This document shows positions 16,237 to 24,532 of a stretch of DNA of 64,000 bases, piece after piece. This DNA comes from Deltaproteobacteria bacterium (GTDB lineage Bacteria > SAR324 > NAC60-12): the NCBI GenBank assembly GCA_038150265.1, contig JAYOTF010000001.1:32665-96664 (forward strand). The letters are read 5' to 3'. A program made the translations under genes and the position numbers. Every line of letters starts with the position of its first letter. The first letter of the stretch is position 1. Below the pieces are notes generated by a model. That model saw only the letters and a program-made list of their open reading frames with translations. It was not told the origin of the DNA and ran no database searches.

Positions 16237-18537
16237 TCAGTGATTTAGGGCGGCCCAAACGCGCTGTGGGGTCAACGGCATCTCCAGATGCGTCACCCCC
16301 TGCTCTCGCAAGGCGTCCAGCACTGCGTTCACAATGGCCGGAGTCGCCCCCACGGTCCCCAACTCTCCAACGCCCTTGGCGCCCAATGGATTGGTTTCGC
16401 ACGGCACGCCTGGGTGCAGTTCCGTCTGCAGCGAAGGCAGGTCATCTGCACGGGGAAGTGCATAATCCAGAAAGGTGGAGTTGACGAACTGTCCGGATTC
16501 GTCATACACCGCATCCTCCAGCAAGGCCTGCCCCAGCGCCTGCGCCATGCCACCATGCACCTGCCCGGCAATGATCATCGGGTTGATGGCGTTGCCCACA
16601 TCGTCAACCGCCACAAGGCTCTGCAGCTGGATTTTTCCAGTTTCCGGATCAACCTCGACTTCCGCGACCTGGGCGCCATTGGGCCAGCTTGGCACCGGAA
16701 TCCTGGTGCTGGAAGTGGTTGAGATCGTTTGGTCCGGCTGCTGCTCCGCCAGTTCCAGCAGGCCCACGCCAATGTCGGTTCCGGTCACCGTGAAGCGTCC
16801 GTCCTGATAGATCAGGTCCTCCGGAGCGGCCTCCAGTGCCTCGGCAGCCAGTTTGCGGGCTTCCTCCAGAAACACTTCTGCGCCTTCCTTCACAGCAGAG
16901 CCGCCAATGTAGAGCGAGCGAGAGGCGTAGCTTCCCATGCCCTGCACCCGATCCGTGTCTCCCTGAAGCACCTGAAGCTGCTCCAGCGGCAGGTCGAGGG
17001 ATTCGGAGAGCAGCTGCAGGTACGTGGTGATGATGCCCTGCCCCATGGCCTGGGTTCCCGAGTAGCAGGTCAGGCCCTGAGGCGTGGCTTCCAGGCGGAC
17101 CTCTTCTTTCCACTCCGCCCCAGTCCATTCGATGTAGCACGACAGCCCGCGTCCCCGGAGCTTTCCCGTCGCCTGTGACTGGGCCTGCCGCGCGGCAAAG
17201 CCGTTCCAGTCCGAAACCTCAATGCAGCGATCCAGCACCTCGCCAAACTTGCCGCTGTCGTACACCTCCTTCATGGGGGTCGTGTAGGGGAAGGCATCAG
17301 CGGCAATGAAGTTCCGGTGCCGCATCTCCACGGGGTCGATGCCCATCTCACGAGCCGCCTGGTCCATGAGCCGTTCCATGAGGTAGATCGACTCCGGACG
17401 TCCGGCCCCACGGTAGGCGCCCAGCGGAGCCGTGTTGGAGGCATAGGCGGTGGCCTGCAGGTGAAACGCCGGGACGTGGTACAGCGAGGTTGCCACCTTG
17501 GGACCAATCATCAGTGGAATCGCCAAACCAGCTCCGGTGGGGTAGGCGCCCACGCTGCCTTGGGTCTCAATCCGGAGGCCCAGCACCCGCCCATCTGCAG
17601 CACAGGCCAGCTCGGCATGGCTGATCTGGTCCCGTCCGTGGACTGTGGCCACAAACTCCTCGCTCCGGGTCCCCCGCCACCGGATCGACCGCTTCAGCTT
17701 GGCGGCGGCATAGGCCACAATGACGTCTTCCGGATAGAGCCCGGACTTGATGCCAAAGGCTCCTCCGACGTCTTCCACAATCACCCGCAACGTCTCCTTG
17801 GGCACGCCCAGCGTCGCGGACAGTCCACCGAGGAGGCCATGAACGTTTTGGCTCCCAAGCCGCAGGGTGCGCCGTCCGGTTTCCGCATCATACTCGCACA
17901 GCACCGTCCGGGGCTCGAGGGCATTGCCCACCAGCCGGTTGTTCCGGAGGTCCAACTTGCTCACATGAGCCGCTTGGGCAAAGGCCTGCGCCACGGCTTC
18001 GGCATCACCAAATTCCTTGTAGGCCACTGCGTTGCTGGGGCAGCCTTCCCAAATCGCAGGCGTGTTGGCTTCCACCGCCTGTTCCAGTGAACCCGTCACC
18101 GGCAGCTCGTCGTAATCCACCTCGACCAGGCTGGCTCCATCGGCGGCCTGGGCCTGCGTCTCTGCCACCACAGCCGCCACGATTTCACCGACGTGCCGGA
18201 CGACATCCCCAGCGATGGCATGCCGGTCCGGGTGCACCATCGGCTCCCCATCCGGACGCGTGAAGCCCTTCACGGCCGGAAAGGGGTTGACCCCATCGGC
18301 GGCCAAATCCGCTGCCGTGTACACGGCCACCACGCCGGGACTCTGTCGTGCGGCCTCCAGGTCAAGGGACGCCACACGGGCATGCGCAACGTAGGAGCGC
18401 ACCAGGTGCACATGCAGCTCCCCAGCCGATGCGCGATTATCCGTAAATTTGCCTTTTCCCGTAATCAGGCGATCATCTTCAACACGACGGAGGGAATCTC
18501 CGGCTCGCGACTTTCCACGGGTAACGGCTTCAGTCAT
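16237..18537 (-). CDS. Xanthine dehydrogenase family molybdopterin-binding subunit (form II CoxL-like)
   Basis: RRVEDDRLITGKG, VGGAFG, AYRGAGRPE, MGQG, GQVHGG and GAKGVGE motifs. Confidence 0.93.
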   Translation of the reverse strand: MTEAVTRGKSRAGDSLRRVEDDRLITGKGKFTDNRASAGELHVHLVRSYVAHARVASLDLEAARQSPGVVAVYTAADLAADGVNPFPAVKGFTRPDGEPMVHPDRHAIAGDVVRHVGEIVAAVVAETQAQAADGASLVEVDYDELPVTGSLEQAVEANTPAIWEGCPSNAVAYKEFGDAEAVAQAFAQAAHVSKLDLRNNRLVGNALEPRTVLCEYDAETGRRTLRLGSQNVHGLLGGLSATLGVPKETLRVIVEDVGGAFGIKSGLYPEDVIVAYAAAKLKRSIRWRGTRSEEFVATVHGRDQISHAELACAADGRVLGLRIETQGSVGAYPTGAGLAIPLMIGPKVATSLYHVPAFHLQATAYASNTAPLGAYRGAGRPESIYLMERLMDQAAREMGIDPVEMRHRNFIAADAFPYTTPMKEVYDSGKFGEVLDRCIEVSDWNGFAARQAQSQATGKLRGRGLSCYIEWTGAEWKEEVRLEATPQGLTCYSGTQAMGQGIITTYLQLLSESLDLPLEQLQVLQGDTDRVQGMGSYASRSLYIGGSAVKEGAEVFLEEARKLAAEALEAAPEDLIYQDGRFTVTGTDIGVGLLELAEQQPDQTISTTSSTRIPVPSWPNGAQVAEVEVDPETGKIQLQSLVAVDDVGNAINPMIIAGQVHGGMAQALGQALLEDAVYDESGQFVNSTFLDYALPRADDLPSLQTELHPGVPCETNPLGAKGVGELGTVGATPAIVNAVLDALREQGVTHLEMPLTPQRVWAALNH

Positions 18538-18600
18538 GAATCTCCATGAGGGTCAAATTGAATCGATAAGCTGATCGAGTGTATCAAAAGGAACTTCAGC

Positions 18601-18629
18601 ACCTTAGCGACCTGACTCAGTCAAGTCAA
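18601..18629 (-). promoter_or_regulatory. Putative sigma70 promoter of the CoxL-like gene with an overlapping palindromic operator
   Basis: Minus strand reads TTGACT (18629-18624), 17 bp spacer, TAAGGT (18606-18601). The imperfect palindrome GACCTGACT-C-AGTCAAGTC spans 18609-18627. Confidence 0.5.
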
Positions 18630-18848
18630 CACCGCCCTGCGTGTCTCCGGACCCGCTCCCGCTCCTCCTGCTTCCGGGGAATCCGGGCAGCCTGGGTCTG
18701 GTGCTGGCAGTCTGATGAAAAAATACCATTCAATTTGAGTCAGTTACCTGAACCACCGGATTCCGGCATTCTTGCTTTACTTCCCCTCTGGGTCCGGTAA
18801 GCTGACGGTTCCGCCACCCTGAATTTTCCTGCTCACCGAGGAAACCGG

Positions 18849-19496
18849 ATGAAGGCTCGACTCGCCCTGCTGCTGACTTTTCTTTCCAGTTCCGTTCTGG
18901 CCCAGACTCCGGAGCTGCTTGGCAACGAATCCATGCATGGGGTCAGCTTCGGACTCGAAGCCCCCGGAATTGCGCTGTCTTACGACCTCACCCTGGGCCC
19001 CCCACTGCAGCTTCACTTCTTTGGCGCCCTCAATACCGACCGCTCCTCCTCGCTCCTGAACGGCACCGACATCCAGACCACCCGGAGCCTGGTTGGCGCC
19101 TCCGTCCGCTTCTTTCCCAGCGACGAGTGGGGGGTGTTCATTGGAGGAGGAGGCGGGAGCTTTTCGGCCAGGCAAACCGTTGATCAGAGCATTACCTGCT
19201 TCACCCTGACCGCGCTGAATCCCAGCATCTGCACCGGGAAGGAAGGCTCCACGCTTGCGCAAACCACCACCTCGGAACTTTCTGGAACGGCCGTCTTCGG
19301 AGAGGTGGGCTGGCAAGGTGGGAACGGGCTTTACTTCACGCTGGGAGCACGAGCAGGAAGCGTCTCCGTCGCTGAAGAAACCGACCGGACGGATGAAGTG
19401 CTGGATGTTTCGGATGACCGCCAAACCGCCGATGACCAGTGGGCCAACGCCCGAGCCCTCAGCGGGGCTGTGGTGACGATGGGGGTTCACTTTTGA
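18849..19496 (+). CDS. Hypothetical outer-membrane beta-barrel protein
   Basis: Signal peptide ending VLA, alternating beta-strand pattern, C-terminal MGVHF, and a Cys pair in a predicted loop. Confidence 0.7.
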   Translation: MKARLALLLTFLSSSVLAQTPELLGNESMHGVSFGLEAPGIALSYDLTLGPPLQLHFFGALNTDRSSSLLNGTDIQTTRSLVGASVRFFPSDEWGVFIGGGGGSFSARQTVDQSITCFTLTALNPSICTGKEGSTLAQTTTSELSGTAVFGEVGWQGGNGLYFTLGARAGSVSVAEETDRTDEVLDVSDDRQTADDQWANARALSGAVVTMGVHF

Positions 19497-21460
19497 GCAA
19501 AAGGCGCCTGCCGAGGGGAGGACTGAAACGGGGCCAGCAGTTCCGGAATGCGAGCAGCACGGTTGCTGTACACCGCCTCTCGCACCGCGAACGCCAGGGC
19601 CTGCAGCGGTGTGTCGTACCCCTGACAGAGACGCCCCAGCTGCTCCGCAGCGTCCACCAACTCTGCTGATTGATACCGTGGCAACGTTTGCAGCACCTCC
19701 AGCAAGCGCTGGGCTTCCTGCTGCTGCTCCGGAGGCAACGGACCTAAACCTGACTCCCTGCCCGGCAGAAGATCGGCCAGGGTCTGCTCCAATGCTTCGA
19801 GTTGCAGAGGCTTCGGCAAAAACGCATCCGCGCCTGCCCGCTGTGCTCGCAGTTGAGCTTCTGGAAACACGTCGGCACTGCACGCAATGATGGGGGTCGT
19901 GTGCCCGGCGGCACGAATCTGTCGGATGGCTTCCCAGCCATCCAGTTGTGGCAGGTGCAGATCCATCAAAATCAGATCGAACGTACCTTCCCGAGCCCGC
20001 TGAACACCAGCCCGGCCGTCCTCCGCCAACACCACTTCGTTTCCGGATTCCTCCAAAAATTGCTGCACGAGCACCTGGTTGACCGCGTGGTCCTCCACCA
20101 CCAGGATGCGCACTCCGGACACGCGTCCGCTCAACGGCCTTCCCGGCGCCGGCTGAGGTGCCTGTTCGTTCAGGCAAGGGAGGGTCACCGTGAAGACCGT
20201 CCCCGTCTCGGGGGTGCTGTGCAGGGCCACGTGCCCTTGCAGCAAGAGGCACAGTTCTCTGACAATCGCCAACCCCAGCCCGACGCCTCCATGTTCGCGT
20301 CGCACAGAACCATCCCCCTGCACAAATGGCTGGAAGATCGCCCGCTGCTGAGCTTCTGGAATGCCGGGCCCCTCGTCTCGCACTCGCACCACCAACTGAT
20401 CCGGTTGCCATTCGGCTTCCAGCCACACCGGGGTCTGCGGGTGTGTGAACTTGATGGCGTTGCCCAGCAGGTTGGAAAAGATCTGGTGCAGTTTCAGACG
20501 GTCGGAGTACACCACCTCCGGAACCTTCGCACTGAGAGTGTAGTGCAGCTGAACTCCATGCGCTTGGGCCAAATTCTGGTGCGAGTGATAGAGATGCCGC
20601 AGGAAGTCTGCCATCCGGATAGGCTCATGCTGAACCTCCATGCGTCCAGACTCAATGCGCGACAAATCCAAAACGTGGTCGACCAATTCACGCAGGGTGG
20701 CACTGCTGCTGAGGATGTTCTCAAGCGGTGATACCAGCTCAGGATGGTTCCGGATTTCAGGGCGACGCAGGAGCAGCTGGGCAAATCCGGAGATGGCATT
20801 GAGCGGGGTCCGGAACTCGTGACTCATGTTTGCCAGAAAGCGGGTTTTGCTGGCATTCGCCTGCTCGGCCGCCTCCTTTGCCTGGGCCAGGGCCACCTCG
20901 GCCCGTTGCCGCTCTGCCAGTTCCAGCTGAAACTGTTCACGCAGCACTTCAATCTCTTGGGGCTCTGGACTGGAGAAGGCGGGCTCTTCTGGTTTCCCCT
21001 GACGCTCCTGCTCCGCCAGCTTCCGGACGTACGCGACCGCTTGCGCTTCATCCGGATGAAAACTGATGTTCAGGTCGGGAGTGAAGAGGGTGACAAACCG
21101 TCCAAGGCCCCGCCAGACACCAGAGGCTTCAATGAAGGCAATGCCTCCTAGGCGGTCTTGGGTTAACTCCGCTTCCTGCTTCATGCGCTTGCGTGCTCCT
21201 GAGGCGAAGGTAACGCTTCCGGAAACGACCGTGTAGCAGCGGCACGGTGCCTGATGCTCAGCCAAGGCGTCCAGCACGCGATCTCGGATGGCAAACTCGC
21301 CTCGGAGCGCCTCTTCATCGATGTGCCCGGAGATGCGGATGCGAAACAGAGTGCCTTCCAGATGCTCCGTCTCGGTGGTGTAGCTCCCGTTTGAGTGACA
21401 ATATCTTAATTCATCAGGCTGGATGCCGAGGCGTTCCAGCGTAATCTCATCCCAGCGCAT
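19487..21460 (-). CDS. Cytoplasmic hybrid sensor histidine kinase (STAS/SpoIIAA-like input, HisKA, HATPase, REC)
   Basis: FLANMSHEFRTPLN (H box), NLLGNAIKFT, DEGPGI, GGVGLGL; REC domain VVEDH...LMDLHLP..DG...KP; no TM segment. Confidence 0.93.
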   Translation of the reverse strand: MRWDEITLERLGIQPDELRYCHSNGSYTTETEHLEGTLFRIRISGHIDEEALRGEFAIRDRVLDALAEHQAPCRCYTVVSGSVTFASGARKRMKQEAELTQDRLGGIAFIEASGVWRGLGRFVTLFTPDLNISFHPDEAQAVAYVRKLAEQERQGKPEEPAFSSPEPQEIEVLREQFQLELAERQRAEVALAQAKEAAEQANASKTRFLANMSHEFRTPLNAISGFAQLLLRRPEIRNHPELVSPLENILSSSATLRELVDHVLDLSRIESGRMEVQHEPIRMADFLRHLYHSHQNLAQAHGVQLHYTLSAKVPEVVYSDRLKLHQIFSNLLGNAIKFTHPQTPVWLEAEWQPDQLVVRVRDEGPGIPEAQQRAIFQPFVQGDGSVRREHGGVGLGLAIVRELCLLLQGHVALHSTPETGTVFTVTLPCLNEQAPQPAPGRPLSGRVSGVRILVVEDHAVNQVLVQQFLEESGNEVVLAEDGRAGVQRAREGTFDLILMDLHLPQLDGWEAIRQIRAAGHTTPIIACSADVFPEAQLRAQRAGADAFLPKPLQLEALEQTLADLLPGRESGLGPLPPEQQQEAQRLLEVLQTLPRYQSAELVDAAEQLGRLCQGYDTPLQALAFAVREAVYSNRAARIPELLAPFQSSPRQAPFAQK

Positions 21461-22341
21461 CAGGATTGCCGGAGGAAGGTTTCCAGTTCCTCCAGCTTCA
21501 GGCGCAGGCGCAGGTCCATGTCAGGATCCGGAAGCTTGAGGCGTAGGACAAAGGTGGCGGTCTGCACCACGTTTCGCCAACGGGGATGGCGTGGAAGGCG
21601 TTCGAGGGAGAGGTACTTTTCGAGGGTACGGGGGTAGGCCCCGCCGTCCGGATCACGCGAGACGGTCCAGAGTCCACTTGCTTCTGCAAGCTCGACCACC
21701 CCGGCACCGGTCCCAGATTCCCACAGCCGGACTGCCAGCTGTAGGGTTTCCACCAGGGCTCGGCGCACAGAAGGTGGCTCGGTTGCCGAAGAGGAAAGCA
21801 GCTCCGGAAGCTCGGCAAACACCTCAGCCGATGCTTCCGTCAACAGAGATGGACTGCGATGAAACAGTCCTTGGACTTCATGGACCATCTGATCCATCTG
21901 CCCCAGTCGTTGCTGAAGTACCAGATGCAGCTTCCGTTGAGTTCCCAGCTCCTCTAGCAGCCGGCGCTGAACTCGCTCCAGTCGCAAGGCCGCTCCCACC
22001 CGGGCTCGGAACTCCACAGCCCCAACCGGTTTGCGCAGAAAATCCCGGGCGCCAGCATCCAGGCATTCAGCAAGGAGGCTTTCCGAATCATCAGCGGTGA
22101 TCATGATCACAGGCAAGCGACGGTGCTGTGGGTGCCCCTGCAGACGCTTCAGCAGTTCCAGTCCCCCACCTTCCGGAAAGTGGACATCCAACAACAGCAG
22201 CTCAATCGGCTCCTGCGCCAGAATGTTGCCGACAAACTCCAGTCCCAGCGCAAACTGGCAGGTGTGCCCCGACTGCCGAACCAGCGCCTGAAGCTGCTGC
22301 ACCGTCGCTGCGTCGTCATCGACAATCAGAAGTTTGGCCAT
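21460..22341 (-). CDS. Response regulator with C-terminal ChiS-family DNA-binding domain
   Basis: REC domain (IVDDD, LLDVHFP, FLRKP), coiled coil, then LAEASGLW...RTLEKYL....LP..PRWR.V. One-base overlap with the kinase start. Confidence 0.85.
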   Translation of the reverse strand: MAKLLIVDDDAATVQQLQALVRQSGHTCQFALGLEFVGNILAQEPIELLLLDVHFPEGGGLELLKRLQGHPQHRRLPVIMITADDSESLLAECLDAGARDFLRKPVGAVEFRARVGAALRLERVQRRLLEELGTQRKLHLVLQQRLGQMDQMVHEVQGLFHRSPSLLTEASAEVFAELPELLSSSATEPPSVRRALVETLQLAVRLWESGTGAGVVELAEASGLWTVSRDPDGGAYPRTLEKYLSLERLPRHPRWRNVVQTATFVLRLKLPDPDMDLRLRLKLEELETFLRQS

Positions 22342-22521
22342 GATTTCTCCCAGGTTGATTGCTACAAGCCCGTTCTAGGCACTCCCCCTCTGAGTTGCAA
22401 GCGTTGGTCACGCTTTTACAGGTTTTGACAGAAGCGAACAGGCAAGGAGATTGTGCTTACAGATCCTTTTCTTGACAATGGCTTTTTTGCCCCGAACTCC
22501 CCTTCTTTCAGCAAGGTGATC

Positions 22522-23706
22522 ATGAATAAGCTCTTCCTCGTTTTTGTCTTGGGAACCAGCCTAGCCCTTTTCGGTTGCAGTGACAGCAACAACGGTTCAA
22601 CCGCCTCAGCAGATTCCTCCGGGTCGGCCATGACCATGGCTTTTGTGCAGACGACAACGGCCATGGAAACGGTTACAGACCTGCAACCGGCTGCTCGCTC
22701 TGCCGGAAAGGCATTTAGCGACAACGGCACCGACCTCTGGAACGCGACCGCCTCGGAAGTCTTCTGGGACGACACAGCCAGCTCCCCAACGTTGATCAGC
22801 CCGAAAGCATGGATGCGGATTCAGCTTGATGCAGATGCGCAGCGGAGCAATGGCTCGAAGATTTCCATCTTCGGTCGGTTCCGGGAAGCCCTGACCTTCT
22901 TTTGTGCCGTGGGTCTGGGGTTGGACAGCAGCCAACTGGACGCTGACAACTACCCCGAAGATGGTACCCTGACCATGAGCATTACCACTGAAACCGCAAC
23001 CGCGTTCCGTTCCTCCTGCGGCATTGAAGACGCGATGAATTATGTCGGTGGTGATCTGAAGATGATTGTGACCACACCGAGCGACACCACGGCCTACGAC
23101 AAGCAGGTGGTTCTGACCCTACCAACTGGAGGGACCCAGACTTTTCTGTTGCGTTCCGACGGCAGTGAGATCAATGTGGCCACTCTGGAGGTCAACAGCT
23201 ACGGAATCAGCCGCACCGTTGTCGATTACGACTTAAGCAACCTTTTGCTGAAAGTCGAGTACCTCTCGGCTCCGGACAACAGTACGCTTGGGGAGAGCGA
23301 CACCCTTTACACCTACCGCTTGCTTGTTGATCAGGCCAACGATGAGGCGCACCTGATGATGGGCTTTCATGAAGAGCATCCATCCGGCAGCGATAAGGAC
23401 GTGCGCTACATCCTGGCCGGGAAACCTGTGCTGGGCAATCAGTACTCGCTGACCTTGGAATCGACCGCCTTGAATTCCGGGCAGTACGAAGCGTGTGTCA
23501 GTGCTACTAACGGCACCCTGGTGTCAGACAACAGCAGCTGTGGCGATGGTCTGACCACCGTTGCAGGAATCGATGTGGACGGCTCCGTCGTGGATGGCTT
23601 TGCCGGTAGTTGGAACCCTGGCCATTACAACACCGTCGGTGCCGCGACGACCCGACTGAGCTTCACCAAAGCAACTTTCGCTTCGGCCTCCTTCAGCCAG
23701 GACTGA
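22522..23706 (+). CDS. Hypothetical Ser/Thr/Asp-rich lipoprotein
   Basis: Lipobox LFGC, AAGGTG RBS, visibly lower GC than the neighbouring genes. Confidence 0.8.
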   Translation: MNKLFLVFVLGTSLALFGCSDSNNGSTASADSSGSAMTMAFVQTTTAMETVTDLQPAARSAGKAFSDNGTDLWNATASEVFWDDTASSPTLISPKAWMRIQLDADAQRSNGSKISIFGRFREALTFFCAVGLGLDSSQLDADNYPEDGTLTMSITTETATAFRSSCGIEDAMNYVGGDLKMIVTTPSDTTAYDKQVVLTLPTGGTQTFLLRSDGSEINVATLEVNSYGISRTVVDYDLSNLLLKVEYLSAPDNSTLGESDTLYTYRLLVDQANDEAHLMMGFHEEHPSGSDKDVRYILAGKPVLGNQYSLTLESTALNSGQYEACVSATNGTLVSDNSSCGDGLTTVAGIDVDGSVVDGFAGSWNPGHYNTVGAATTRLSFTKATFASASFSQD

Positions 23707-23733
23707 AACCAGGAAGGCGCCCGCTTGCAGGTC

Positions 23734-23766
23734 CCAGATGCTCGGGTGCCCCACCGAGCCATCTGG
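23734..23766. terminator. Intergenic stem-loop, possible terminator or mRNA stabiliser
   Basis: CCAGATG-CTCGG...CCGAG-C-CATCTGG inverted repeat downstream of the lipoprotein gene; only a weak U tract. Confidence 0.35.
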
Positions 23767-23876
23767 CTTCCACTCGGGTGACAGGCCCCACTTTTTTCCG
23801 AATTGTTTGGAGTCTTTGGGGCAAACTCACTATCCTTTAGGTTCGTTGCCCGCTGCCCTAGATTCAGGTTTGAGCC

Positions 23877-24512
23877 ATTTTTCGTCGATCCGTTTTTGTT
23901 CTCCTTCTGGCACTGTTCCTTGTTTCCGGAACCCTTTCGGCTCAGGATGCGGTTGAGCTTCTGAGCGGACGGGCCGAGCTGCAACGGGGCAGTCGCCTGC
24001 TAGAGGTGACTGCTCGTCCGGAACCCCTGGAAGCCGGAGACGTGCTGAGGACCTTTGAGGAAGGACGCCTGCAGCTGCAGTTCCGCAGTGGAGACACCCT
24101 CACCCTTGCGCCTGACACCGAGGTTCGTTACGAGCCGTCGGCGCGTGAACCCCAGTCCTTCACCCTCACCCTCAAGGGCCAGGTTCTGGCTCGCATTGCC
24201 CCATTGCAGGGGGCACGACGGGTGATCCTCCGGACCCCCAACGCAGCCGTTTCGGTGCGGGGAACTGAGTTTGTGGTTCAGTTTCTTCGTCAGGAAACTG
24301 CCGTTGGCACCCTGGAGGGCCTGGTGGAGTTGACCGCGTTAGGAGGAGGCTCCATTGAAGTCCCTGCCGGAAGCCGCTCTGGAGTCAACGCCTCCGGAAC
24401 CGTGCTGCCGCTCTCCGAGTTTGCCGGAGAGATGCTCAAGGACTTCGAGTTTGCCGGAGAACAGATGGACCCCAGTGGCGCTGCAGGAGAACGCATTGAC
24501 CTGAGTCGCTAA
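23877..24512 (+). CDS. FecR domain protein, probable non-canonical ATT start (ORF track start is GTG 24006)
   Basis: FecR motifs GDVLRT, TPNAAVSVRGTEF and LEGLVEL. The frame is open back to TGA 23871 and encodes a signal peptide IFRRSVFVLLLALFLVSGTLSA. Confidence 0.8.
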   Translation: MFRRSVFVLLLALFLVSGTLSAQDAVELLSGRAELQRGSRLLEVTARPEPLEAGDVLRTFEEGRLQLQFRSGDTLTLAPDTEVRYEPSAREPQSFTLTLKGQVLARIAPLQGARRVILRTPNAAVSVRGTEFVVQFLRQETAVGTLEGLVELTALGGGSIEVPAGSRSGVNASGTVLPLSEFAGEMLKDFEFAGEQMDPSGAAGERIDLSR

Positions 24513-24532
24513 CCCTCAGCCGAGGTTTTGCC

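Noticed and set aside
16237..18537. Calling the molybdoenzyme a true aerobic CO dehydrogenase
   Set aside because: It lacks the form I AYXCSFR motif and has no coxMS or coxDEFG neighbours.
23859..23876. Selenocysteine or readthrough at the TGA upstream of the FecR signal peptide
   Set aside because: An in-frame TAG lies four codons further upstream (23859) with no start codon in between.
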